Assembly: GCA_016190245.1 (NCBI GenBank)
Contig: JACPQY010000024.1
Location: 121,620 to 185,619, forward strand
Direction of reading: 5' to 3'
Source of the DNA: Nitrospirota bacterium
GTDB lineage: Bacteria > JACPQY01
DNA: 64,000 nt
Shown: piece by piece, positions 21,101 to 29,557 of the stretch
Layout of the letters: every line of letters starts with the position of its first letter
Numbering within the stretch: position 1 is the stretch's first letter
Notes under the pieces: model-generated
What the model saw: only the letters and a program-made list of their open reading frames with translations
What the model was told of the DNA's origin: nothing
Databases searched by the model: none
Program-made: the position numbers and the translations under genes

Positions 21101-21451
21101 TTCGCCGCGGATGTCAAACACCGGGAAGCGGAGAAACAATACAACTTCAACCTGACTCACGGTCAATTGTACGCTCTTCGAGAGTTGCGCATCCTCTACG
21201 AAGCCGCCTCTGAAGAGGACATCAAGAACGGCATCCATATTTTGGAGAGGACGTTCCGCGGAGTGCTGACGGGAGCCGTGAAGCGGGAACTGAACCAGTT
21301 GCGACGAAATGGAGTGCACGGCGAAGCGCTATACAAGAACCTCGTTCGAATCTACGATCAGCACAACCTTGTTGGTGCCTCGTCCCGGCGAAGCCTCGAA
21401 TTGGAGGAACAGATAATTCCCAGGATCATCTGTAGTGAAAGTTTCGTCTGA
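18107..21451 (+). CDS. Phospholipase D (HKD) nuclease - SNF2/SF2 helicase fusion, putative restriction subunit
   Basis: AVGY; LHSKAYICD..GSSNLT..GL..N.ELN (HKD nuclease); ADVVGLGKS, VDESHN, LTATP, TDVLAEGLNLQ, NYDLHWNP..LIQRFGRIDRIG. Confidence 0.92.
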   Translation: MPTHDIIDNRNEKLIDHLNKILGSCELARFAVGYLFLSGLTGVAKRLLKMRELRLLIGNTSNKETVELLAEGYKRLDLAAEDLDKQAYPKRAEAGKMADATAQNLRNAVEWMDQTDEGEDLIGGLIRMIQEKRMQVRVYTKGRLHSKAYICDYGEVFDKGGKEVERHEEGIAVVGSSNLTLAGLTHNTELNVVVQGNQNHRELVRWFDELWKESHEFEEALMTELRESWAAAQVKPYDIYMKTLYALVKDRLEGEEEQELLWDDDIFRRLANFQKVAVRQAVQMIRDYGGAFVADVVGLGKSYIGAAIVKHFERADHARPLVVCPAALKEMWERYNEVYQLNARILSMGHLREDENDGVATLLKDFQYRDRDFVLVDESHNLRHPDTQRYKVMQNFLSTGRRCCLLTATPRNKSAWDVYHQIKLFHQDDRTDLPVDPPHLKDYFKLIEKGEKKLPDVLSHILVRRTRNHILRWYGYDAETHQTVDAQSFQDYTDGKRRAYVLVGGKHQFFPQRKLETIEYSIEDTYQGLYKRLRSYLGKARKAGPIKPSPGELTYARYGLWHYVRPERQKHEPYAHLHRAGANLRGLIRVLLFKRFESSVHAFQETLRRLLKIHHAFLIALERGVVPAGEEAQTILYESDVLEEADMMDALHEVSGRYEGKDFDTETLKEHIEHDRRILKTVLDLVEPITPDKDSKLQTLKARLGEKPLRGAKRLIFTQYADTAKYLHAHLNPGGERSDTDVIYSGEKSRERVVGRFAPKANPEYRFPKDEDELMTLIATDVLAEGLNLQDCDHIINYDLHWNPVRLIQRFGRIDRIGSDHDAILAYNFLPEIGIEKHLGLHEKLRNRIQEIHDTIGEDSKLLDQTERLNPEAMYAIYESQGMSGGEPDVAEKSEEDFLDLNEAEEFLRQLRKENPAEFERIAGLRDGIRAARAAEHKGLYVFCQAGRYQQLVLLDERGKAISRDVPRVVGAVKCSPDTKPVKRPDGYNEAVMTVQKSFAADVKHREAEKQYNFNLTHGQLYALRELRILYEAASEEDIKNGIHILERTFRGVLTGAVKRELNQLRRNGVHGEALYKNLVRIYDQHNLVGASSRRSLELEEQIIPRIICSESFV

Positions 21452-21460
21452 CGGCTCATC

Positions 21461-21620
21461 CGCTGACTCCTGACTGACCAGCCAAGGACGGCCATGGTCC
21501 ATGCCGTGCCATCCTTGGCGCGGCGACATATCATGGCCCCATGCCGTCCGTGGCAAGGGGTGCGGTCCCCGCCGCAACAAGCCGAGCCGGATGCGAGGCA
21601 GAAGTACGGACGGGTACTTT
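21461..21620 (+). repeat. Bipartite direct repeat, copy 2 (right border of the defence island), with REP-like hairpin in the middle
   Basis: See copy 1; GCCAAGGACGGCCATGG (21481-21497) can pair with CCATGCCGTCCGTGGC (21539-21554). Confidence 0.9.
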
Positions 21621-21860
21621 CCCGGCATTTCTGGATAGGCCCGTGTCCGATGAGCATCCTTGAGTGTGGTGCAGGCGCCCTGATGACCGAGCAACGCCTC
21701 CATCGCTTCCAACGGTATCCCGTGGCACCCTGGCCGCCAAGGCGCTGCCATGGCCATACCCTACACAGGCCGCATCCTCGCCTTCGGCGGCACGGCTGAG
21801 GCACAGGTTTCGGGCGCCGTCGAAGCCTACTCGCTGCTGCGGCAGAGCCCGGCCGGGGAA

Positions 21861-22166
21861 TCAGGCAGAGCGCGAACGCCTCCACCGAGGGGACCTCTCT
21901 GAAACTCCCTCGTGGATGATCTCCTTCAACAGCGTCTGGTAGGGTTTCCCCAACTTCCGCGCCATGGATTTGGCTCGGGAAAGGTCCGTCTCGCTCAACC
22001 GGATGGTGATGGGTCGGGTGCGCGGCTCCAAGATCTTCCAAGGCCCGCCCAGATCGTCAGGCCCATCCCCCCTTTCGATCTCCTTCGCCAGACAACTGAG
22101 ACAGAACCACTTGAGGTCCTCGGCCTGGAAGAGAGGCGCTCTGCATTTCCCGCATGACTTCCTCAC
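21861..22166 (-). CDS. CopG/BrnA-like antitoxin with N-terminal CxxC...CxxC
   Basis: TRPITIRL...DL...K..A...G.PYQTLLK..I RHH signature; GTG start overlapping the toxin stop (GTGA). Confidence 0.78.
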   Translation of the reverse strand: MRKSCGKCRAPLFQAEDLKWFCLSCLAKEIERGDGPDDLGGPWKILEPRTRPITIRLSETDLSRAKSMARKLGKPYQTLLKEIIHEGVSERSPRWRRSRSA

Positions 22167-22447
22167 TGAACTCCCCCCATCGTCTTCACGTAGGCCTCCA
22201 CGTGCCGTCTTCCCGCTGGATACGCCGTCAATGCGAAAACCGTCTCCTTGCGGACTCCCCACTTGAACACGACCACCAGGAACCGGCCCGACCTTGCATG
22301 CCCGATGCCTTTCCACGCCGACCCGCATGATTTCCGGATCGCCATTCGCGATTCGAAGACCTCCATGACCTCCTGCGTGCTGACATTCGGGTGGCGCCTC
22401 CGGAAATGGATCCGCCCGTCTTTCTCACGGGCGAACACAAACCTCAC
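22163..22447 (-). CDS. BrnT/RelE-like toxin
   Basis: H.NVS..EV.EVF, IG....GRFLVVVF, V...TAYP pattern; 94 aa directly upstream of the antitoxin. Confidence 0.72.
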   Translation of the reverse strand: MRFVFAREKDGRIHFRRRHPNVSTQEVMEVFESRMAIRKSCGSAWKGIGHARSGRFLVVVFKWGVRKETVFALTAYPAGRRHVEAYVKTMGGVQ

Positions 22448-22529
22448 GGGAACACGCTGGCAGACGCGTATGGACGCGGCAATACATTCCTGCAGTCCTC
22501 AATCCGTTGACAAGACCGTGCATTCACTC

Positions 22530-22603
22530 CGTCTTTCCCGCGAAAGCGGGAATCCAGGACAAAGCTCAAGAAGATCTGGATTCCTGCTTCCGCAGGAATG
22601 ACG
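22530..22603. repeat. Palindromic REP-like doublet (GTCnTTCCCGCGAAAGCGGGAATCCAG...CTGGATTCCTGCTTCCGCAGGAATGAC)
   Basis: Two inverted hairpin units; second copy at 30997-31053. Confidence 0.85.
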
Positions 22604-22704
22604 AGCTCTCGTCACCCATGGGGTGTAAGCCGTCTCCTCGTCTCATCTTGGTTGGCGACGGACTACGGGCAGTCGGGAGTCGCGGCAAGAGAAACGCCGG
22701 GCGC

Positions 22705-23955
22705 CTATCTTTCAATCAGAACGCGGTCAATCTCCACCCCTTCGCGGTCAACGGCCCGGAGGGTGAGTTCCGAACCCTCCACGCGGCCGATCACGAAGTG
22801 GTAGGCCTTCGCGGCCGCGGCCTGAAGCGGATTCGTGCCGATCTCGACATCGTACAGACTCATCCCGCCGCCGCCGGTCACCACGTAGGTCACACCGCCC
22901 TCCTCCACGCCGGCCCGCTTGCCACCTAGAATCGGGTGCGAACGCTCGTAGAAGTGATCGTGACCGGCAAGGACGAGTTGGACCCCGTACCTTTCGAACA
23001 GTGGAACGAGTTTGAGGCCCAGGAGAGGATTGGGCTCGCGCGAAGGGTGCGAGGAATACGGCGGCTGATGAAGGGCGACAATTTTCCAGGGCTGTCGAGT
23101 GTCCCGCAAGTCGGCCTCGAGCCAGTGCTGCATGTCGTCTTCGGCCTCTTCGGCCGTCTCAAGAAGGGACATTTCCGAGTCCAGGGCGACATAGTGGATC
23201 GGGCCCCACTCCATAGAGTAATAACGCTCGCGGTCATGCTCCCGCCAGGCATTCTCCGGTAGAAAGAAGTTGTCAAGGTAGGGCTGGGCGAGATCCGTCC
23301 CGTAGTCGTGGTTCCCCGGTGTCGGAAAGAAGGGCAAGCCGGTCATCAACTCCTGATAGACCTCGAAGACGAATCGTTGGAATTGGTCGTGGGTACCCTT
23401 GGTGTAGGCGTTGTCCCCGGTCGTGAAGACGAGGTCCGCATCTCCGGCCCGCTCCAGCATGCGGTCTCGAATGCGCTCCTGATCCTTCGTCCCCCCCCCA
23501 AAATCCCCGATGGCGAAGAAGGTGACCGTCGCCTCGGGATCCGCGGGTGCCGTGCGGAAACGAAGCCCCGCCGCCACCTCGCGTTCGCCGTTCAGAACTC
23601 GGTAGCAGTAGTACGTGTCCGGCGAGAGCCCACCGAGGTGTGCGCTGTAGAGCGCCATGGATTTCTCTCCCGCCGGAATCTCCCGCGCCTGGGCCTCGCG
23701 CCGCGACCCAAGATCTCGACCAGTCCCGTATTCGATTGTGGAAACGTCCACGGCCGCGGACATGCCCCATGCGACGACGGCTCCCGTGGTGGTGACGGAC
23801 TGGACGTACGGCCATCGCAGGAGGTCCGACTCGGATCCCGCCGGGACGCCCTGGCCACAGTCCGGCGGAGTGGGCCTCGAATAGCCCGATTCGTTTCCGC
23901 ACCCGACCAGCAGGAGGGCGACCATGCCCAGCCATCGGGAGCGCGGGGCTCTCAT
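22705..23955 (-). CDS. Purple acid phosphatase-like metallophosphoesterase lipoprotein with N-terminal FN3 domain
   Basis: GDFG, GDNAY, GNHD, HQPPY, GHDHFYER, VTGGGG; lipobox LVGC; start overlaps the upstream stop (TGATG). Confidence 0.9.
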   Translation of the reverse strand: MRAPRSRWLGMVALLLVGCGNESGYSRPTPPDCGQGVPAGSESDLLRWPYVQSVTTTGAVVAWGMSAAVDVSTIEYGTGRDLGSRREAQAREIPAGEKSMALYSAHLGGLSPDTYYCYRVLNGEREVAAGLRFRTAPADPEATVTFFAIGDFGGGTKDQERIRDRMLERAGDADLVFTTGDNAYTKGTHDQFQRFVFEVYQELMTGLPFFPTPGNHDYGTDLAQPYLDNFFLPENAWREHDRERYYSMEWGPIHYVALDSEMSLLETAEEAEDDMQHWLEADLRDTRQPWKIVALHQPPYSSHPSREPNPLLGLKLVPLFERYGVQLVLAGHDHFYERSHPILGGKRAGVEEGGVTYVVTGGGGMSLYDVEIGTNPLQAAAAKAYHFVIGRVEGSELTLRAVDREGVEIDRVLIER

Positions 23956-25406
23956 CAGAACAATACTTTTCCAAGCGTAGCTTTCATGGCCCACGCCAGC
24001 GCCACCTTCTCCCCGAACCCGGCATCGAGACGTGGCGGCACGTACCACTCACCTGATTTGACCACAGCCGAGACGCGGCGAAGGTTGGCGAGATCCTCGG
24101 CCGGATTGCCGTCAAGGACGAGGAGGTCAGCTCGCTTCCCGGCCTCCAGTGTGCCGACGTCGCCATCAATCCCCAGCACCCTCGCGGAGCCGAACGTGGC
24201 CGAACGGAGGACGTCCGATTCATTCATCCCCGCGCGCATCATCCGCTCCATCTCCCAGTAGAGGCTTCCGTGCTGGTTGAAGCAGACAGCGGCATCGGTT
24301 CCCACACCGATCAACGCGCCCGCCCGATGGAGGCGGCGGAGGTTCTCGATCGAATCCCTGCCCTGCTGTTCCACAAGCGCCCGCGTCACGCCCGGGACGA
24401 GCCACGGCAATTCTTCCGGTGACGCCTCGACCTTTCGCTTGAACTCGAAGAGGCCCGGGAGGAGGGCGGGATCGAGTCGCTCGCGAACCCATGGCTGGTC
24501 GAGGAAGCCGGGCTCCAACGCTCGTTCCAGGGGGGCGCTCCAGACAAGGACCGTCGGCGCGACGGGGAGGCCGCGAGCCACGACCGCCCGCAGCGTATCG
24601 TCGGAAATCGGTTCAAGCGCGTTGTGTACGATGGCATCGATCGGCAGTCGCACCGCGCGGGCCCAATCATCCGCATAGAGAACGTGCGCCAGCACTCTCA
24701 GCCCCCTCGCGTGGGCCGCGTCCGCGATCACGCGGACCAGTTCGTCGGACAGGCTCGGCAGGGATCGGCCGTTGTACGACTTGCTCACGATCCCCACCTT
24801 GATGAAGTTTGCTCCCTTCGCGGCGAGATCCTGGACCGTACGGCGGGCCTGGTCGGCGGTCGTCAGGCCGATGGCCCCCTCGAGATCCGCGTACTCCTTC
24901 GGCATCCAATCGAACGGATAACTGCCCGGCGCCGTGAGAAAGGGTCCCGCCGCGAGGATGCGGGGGCCCGAGTCCGGCCTGCGATCCACCCACGCCCGAA
25001 GGCCCGAGATCGCCTGCCACGGGGCGGCCAGATCCGCGACCGTCGTGACGCCCTCCGCGAGCGTGACCTTCACATTCAATATGAACTGCGCAAGCGAAAC
25101 CGGCGCGTCGGCTGAGCAGACACTGTTGAAGAGGAGATGGACATGCGCATTGATCAGACCGGGCATGACGACCTTGTGCGGCAGGTCGAGCACCGGCGTG
25201 CCCTCCGGTGCGGGGCAGCGGTCCGAGGGGCCGACGTAGGCCAGTCGCTCCCCTTCCACCACAACGCAAGTGTCCACGCGTGGGGCGGCACCCGTCCCGT
25301 CGATCAGAAGGCCCGGCCGGAGAACGAGCCGCTCGGGCCCCGAGGGGCCACGGAGACAACCGATGCCTGCGACTACCATCGCCAGGAGGAAGAGAGCCCA
25401 TCGCAT
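23955..25406 (-). CDS. Amidohydrolase family protein (metal-dependent), secreted
   Basis: MPGLINAHVH, GVTTVADL, GTDA, GTLEAGKRADLLVL.GNP; signal peptide ending IGC. Confidence 0.9.
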   Translation of the reverse strand: MRWALFLLAMVVAGIGCLRGPSGPERLVLRPGLLIDGTGAAPRVDTCVVVEGERLAYVGPSDRCPAPEGTPVLDLPHKVVMPGLINAHVHLLFNSVCSADAPVSLAQFILNVKVTLAEGVTTVADLAAPWQAISGLRAWVDRRPDSGPRILAAGPFLTAPGSYPFDWMPKEYADLEGAIGLTTADQARRTVQDLAAKGANFIKVGIVSKSYNGRSLPSLSDELVRVIADAAHARGLRVLAHVLYADDWARAVRLPIDAIVHNALEPISDDTLRAVVARGLPVAPTVLVWSAPLERALEPGFLDQPWVRERLDPALLPGLFEFKRKVEASPEELPWLVPGVTRALVEQQGRDSIENLRRLHRAGALIGVGTDAAVCFNQHGSLYWEMERMMRAGMNESDVLRSATFGSARVLGIDGDVGTLEAGKRADLLVLDGNPAEDLANLRRVSAVVKSGEWYVPPRLDAGFGEKVALAWAMKATLGKVLF

Positions 25407-25462
25407 CGCCGGGACTGTAGGACAGCGGGGCGAGGCTTTCAACCGACGGCGACTGACCGCAC

Positions 25463-28400
25463 ATGGTCAGGCTGCTCCCGGAGGCTCCGCGCCGAAAGTT
25501 GACGCGGTGGGCGCCTCCTGTCATCCTACGTGTATTGGGCTTGGGGGAGATCACGAAAGCCGCCTATCAGGGAAGAGCCGGCCATCACGGCCCATGGCTC
25601 GTCGCGCTGGTTCTCCTGTCGGTCTGGTCCGGCGGGTGCTCTAAGAAGAAGAGTGCCGACCCGGTCCCGCTCGACACGGCCGTCCCGCTCACGCTGGAAC
25701 AGGCCGCGGCCCTCAATGGCGTGCGCGGCGGCGTGCGGGCTGGACAGGAAGAGGGCGTGCGGGGCGGCACCCAGGAGGGCGTCCGAGCGCTCGCTTCGCT
25801 CGAAGTGGATGCAGAGGGCGTGCGCGGCGCCGAGACCGAGGGCGTTCGCGGAGGTGTCCGTGCCGGCGTCCGAGGAGGCGTGAGCGGCGGCGTCCGAGGG
25901 GCGGAGGCGCAGGGTGTTCGCGGGGGCGTACGCGCAATTCGCACTCGGGATGTCGGGATATCGGGACGTCGGGATGCCGACGACCTCACGACCTCACGAC
26001 CTCCCGATCTCGCGCTCCGCCGCGAGGCAGCGAGCCTCCGCGACCTGGCCTACGTGGTCAACTTCAAGCTGGACGATGAACTGGATCCCGGTGAGCATAC
26101 GATCGGCGTCGCGGTTCTTTTCGAGGATCGCCCGGACATCCGCTTCGTGGACATGGCCGCTCGCGCTTCGTCGGGCAAGACCGGTCTGGACGCGGACGTG
26201 CCACACGATCAGGTCGTGCTACCCGACTCGGACGGCGACGGCGTATCGGACCTCATTGAAGTCGTGCTCTCGGAGAAAACGGGGCAGACCTTCGACCCCA
26301 AGGATGCAGGCACTCGTCCCCGGAGCGAGGCTCAGATCAAGGAGATCTTCCGCACGCTGGGACAGGAACTCGTCACCACCATCAAGGAACAGGAAAAGGC
26401 CGAGCGGGCCGCGGCGCTTGCCCAGGCGAAAGGCGTGGCCGTGGACAAATTGAGTGACAGCGATCTCGCTAAGATCGCCCAGGACGTCGAAGCCGAGACC
26501 CAGTCCTTTGCCGCAGAGGTCACGAGCGCCGTGGAGAAAGCCGATCTCACACCTCCAGCGACGGCGACCGTGACGGCCTCGGACGGCAACGGGAACCCCG
26601 TGGCGTCCGGCGGAACGACCGACTCGCCCGATCTCACCATCACGTTCACGTGCAGCGAGACCGGCTGCGCCTTCCAATGCTCGCTGGACGGCGGCCCGTT
26701 CAAGGCCTGCACGACAGCCACCTACGGCGATCTGCGCGAGGGTGAGCACGTCCTGCGCGTGAAGGCCACCGACACCTTCGGGAACTCCGAGGCGGTCCCG
26801 CGGGAATTCCGCTGGACCGTCCGCCTCCCAGCCAAGGGCAAGCGCGGCCCGGAGTGCGGCAACGGCGTCTGCGAGGCCGGAGAGGATCCGGGCTCGTGCC
26901 CGTCCGACTGCTCCGGCGCGATCTGCGGCAACGGGCTGTGCGAGTCCGGCGAGAACTACTCCGGCTGCCCATCCGATTGCACGGCCCCTCCTCCTACGCC
27001 TGCCGGCGACACCCTCCCGCCCCAGACCACGATCGTTTCAGCCAAAGCCTCCACCGGCTCCACCGTTGAGCCCGGAAGCTCGACCGCAGACACCGCGCCT
27101 GTCTTCACCTTTTCGGCGTCCGAACCGGACGCCTCGGCCACCCCCGGCGCGACCTTCGAGTGCGCCCTCGACTCGGGCGACTTCCACCTCTGCACCTCGC
27201 CCCACACGCCCGCTGCCGTGACCGACGGGGCGCACACCCTCAAGGTCCGCGCGATTGATGCGGCCAACAACGCCGACCCCACCCCCGCCGAGTTCACGTG
27301 GACCCAGGACACCACGCCACCGGACACTACAATCACCACCACCGACCTCTCCTCCCTCAGCGGGACCATCAGCAAGAAGACATCCATCGCCTTCACGATC
27401 ACCTCGGCCGATGCGGGGACCGTTCTCGAATGCGATGTGGACGGCGGCGGCTTCCTCGTTTGCACCTCGCCACGCACGGTGACGGGGCTCGCCGACGGCG
27501 CCCATACGTTCAAGGCGCGCGCCAAAGACCCCGTCGGCAATCTCGACGCCACACCCGCTCAGGCCACGTGGACGCAGGACAGTTCCCCTCCTTCCACGCC
27601 GGGCAGCTTCAGCGCCAGCGGCGGCAACAAGTCAGTCACGCTGAGTTGGACCGCCTCAACGGACGCCACCGGAGTCAGCCACTACCTCGTCTACTACGGC
27701 ACCGTCTCCGGCTCGTACAACGGCACGACGGCCTCCCAGGGCGCCTCACCCTTCCAAGTCACGTGCAGCACGTCCTCCTGCTCATCGGGCCTCTCCGGGC
27801 CGAACATCAGCAACTGCTTCACCTACTACCTCGCCGTCACGGCCACCGACACGCTCGGACAGGAATCGGCCAAGACCGCGGAGAAATCGGCCGTGACCTC
27901 CATCCCTGCGCCCGGCAGCGTCTCCGCCACCGGCGCTCTGGTCGGAAAAATCACGGTGAGCTGGGACGCCGTGACGAACGCCAGCGGATACGTGGTGAGA
28001 TACGGCACGAGCAGCGGCTCCTACCCCAGCAACCTCACCGTCTCGGCCGGAACCACCTCCACCGACGTGCCCGCTACGGGCACAACCTATGCCATCGTGG
28101 AATCCAGGGACGGGACCTGCCCGAGTTCGCCCTCGTCCGAAGTCTCCGCCACCCCCAAAACACTGACCCTGTTCACTCAGGAAACGGAATTGGTGTCCGG
28201 CAATCTTTTCGGCAGCTCGATCGCGATGCTCGGCGATGTCAACTCGAACGGACGGGCGGACTGGATCGTGGGCATCCCAATGTGCGGCGGGGCGGACGGC
28301 TGCGCGCACGTGTACGACAGCAAGGGCGCGGGCTCCTCCTCGTGCACATCCACCGCCAACTCCTGCGCGTTCATGACTACGCCGACACCGGACGGGATCG

Positions 28401-29491
28401 AGGGCCATCCCAACGGGCCTTCCCTCGCCCAGATGAAGCTGGGCACCTCCGTTTCGGGCGGCCTCGACATGAACGGGGCCACGAGCACGGGTGACTGGGT
28501 CATCGGCGGACCTTTCATTGATCAGCCTACGTGCAACGGCGGGGCCACCGCGGCCGACGTGGGGGGGGTCATCGTGTACGACGGCGTGAACGGCTCCGCC
28601 TTGATCCCAACAGGCGTGGCCACGCTGTGCGGATCGGGGGCCAACAACAAGTTCGGGGCCTCGGTGGCCGTGATCGGGGATGTTACCGCGGACGGGAAGG
28701 CGGAGTTCGCCGCGGGCGCGCCCGGAGCCAACGCGGTCTACGTCTGGTCCCACAGCTCCGGCTCGACCTTCAACATGACCTCCTACTCCCCGCTGATCAT
28801 CCCCAGCAGCACGCTCGGCTCGGCCGTCGCAGGCAGGGGAGACGTGAACGGAGACGGGAAGGGCGATCTGATCGCCGGCGCCGAGACGGCCTTCTCCGGC
28901 AACTCGAACGGGGGGGCGTACGTCTACTGCGGTGCCACGGGCCAGCAACTCTACGCGAAAGGTTCCGAGGACAACACCTGCTGCATGAACGGGATCGGGA
29001 AGCTGCATTCGGTCCTCATCCTCGGCGACGTGAACGGCGACTCGAAGGCGGAGTTTCTCATGGGCGTGCCTTGGATCGGGAGCAGCAGCTCGCCGGGCTA
29101 CGTCCGCGTCTACTCCGGAACCGACGGCACGCAGCTCTACCAAGTGACGGGCGAGAACAACGCCGACGAGTTCGGCACCGCCCTCGCCTCCGTGGGCGAT
29201 CTGAACGGCGACGGGAAACCTGACTTCGCGGTGGGGGCGATCAAGTGGAAATCCGGCTCGACCAAGGTGGGGAAGATCTACGTCTACAGCGGGACGGATG
29301 GCAGCCTCCTCGGCTCCTATTCACCGGGAACGGGGGGGGGACTTGAGGCGGACTCGGATTTCGGCCAGGCCATCGCGGGCGGGCAGGACATTGACGCGGA
29401 CGGGAAACTGGACATCGTGGTCGGCGCACCTGCGGATGACGTCTCCGGCCAGACCAACAGCGGAAACACCTTCATCGTTTCGTTCAAGTAG
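25463..29491 (+). CDS. Large surface lipoprotein: GVRx repeats, shared N-terminal module, Cys-rich repeats, Ig-like/FN3 domains, C-terminal FG-GAP (integrin-alpha-like) propeller
   Basis: Lipobox-like SGGC; two CGNG.CE.GE....CPSDC repeats; F.C.LD.G modules; FG..VA..GDVNGDGK.D...GA repeats. Exact start uncertain. Confidence 0.85.
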   Translation: MVRLLPEAPRRKLTRWAPPVILRVLGLGEITKAAYQGRAGHHGPWLVALVLLSVWSGGCSKKKSADPVPLDTAVPLTLEQAAALNGVRGGVRAGQEEGVRGGTQEGVRALASLEVDAEGVRGAETEGVRGGVRAGVRGGVSGGVRGAEAQGVRGGVRAIRTRDVGISGRRDADDLTTSRPPDLALRREAASLRDLAYVVNFKLDDELDPGEHTIGVAVLFEDRPDIRFVDMAARASSGKTGLDADVPHDQVVLPDSDGDGVSDLIEVVLSEKTGQTFDPKDAGTRPRSEAQIKEIFRTLGQELVTTIKEQEKAERAAALAQAKGVAVDKLSDSDLAKIAQDVEAETQSFAAEVTSAVEKADLTPPATATVTASDGNGNPVASGGTTDSPDLTITFTCSETGCAFQCSLDGGPFKACTTATYGDLREGEHVLRVKATDTFGNSEAVPREFRWTVRLPAKGKRGPECGNGVCEAGEDPGSCPSDCSGAICGNGLCESGENYSGCPSDCTAPPPTPAGDTLPPQTTIVSAKASTGSTVEPGSSTADTAPVFTFSASEPDASATPGATFECALDSGDFHLCTSPHTPAAVTDGAHTLKVRAIDAANNADPTPAEFTWTQDTTPPDTTITTTDLSSLSGTISKKTSIAFTITSADAGTVLECDVDGGGFLVCTSPRTVTGLADGAHTFKARAKDPVGNLDATPAQATWTQDSSPPSTPGSFSASGGNKSVTLSWTASTDATGVSHYLVYYGTVSGSYNGTTASQGASPFQVTCSTSSCSSGLSGPNISNCFTYYLAVTATDTLGQESAKTAEKSAVTSIPAPGSVSATGALVGKITVSWDAVTNASGYVVRYGTSSGSYPSNLTVSAGTTSTDVPATGTTYAIVESRDGTCPSSPSSEVSATPKTLTLFTQETELVSGNLFGSSIAMLGDVNSNGRADWIVGIPMCGGADGCAHVYDSKGAGSSSCTSTANSCAFMTTPTPDGIEGHPNGPSLAQMKLGTSVSGGLDMNGATSTGDWVIGGPFIDQPTCNGGATAADVGGVIVYDGVNGSALIPTGVATLCGSGANNKFGASVAVIGDVTADGKAEFAAGAPGANAVYVWSHSSGSTFNMTSYSPLIIPSSTLGSAVAGRGDVNGDGKGDLIAGAETAFSGNSNGGAYVYCGATGQQLYAKGSEDNTCCMNGIGKLHSVLILGDVNGDSKAEFLMGVPWIGSSSSPGYVRVYSGTDGTQLYQVTGENNADEFGTALASVGDLNGDGKPDFAVGAIKWKSGSTKVGKIYVYSGTDGSLLGSYSPGTGGGLEADSDFGQAIAGGQDIDADGKLDIVVGAPADDVSGQTNSGNTFIVSFK

Positions 29492-29557
29492 CGCGGGCCG
29501 CCCCCCGAGGACCGCTCCGCTTGCTCCCGTGGTGGCGAAGTGCCAGTGTCACACGCC

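Noticed and set aside
11324..21451. DISARM or BREX system
   Set aside because: No DUF1998 (DrmB), DrmA, PglZ or BrxC-like genes recognised; the PLD domain is fused to the helicase
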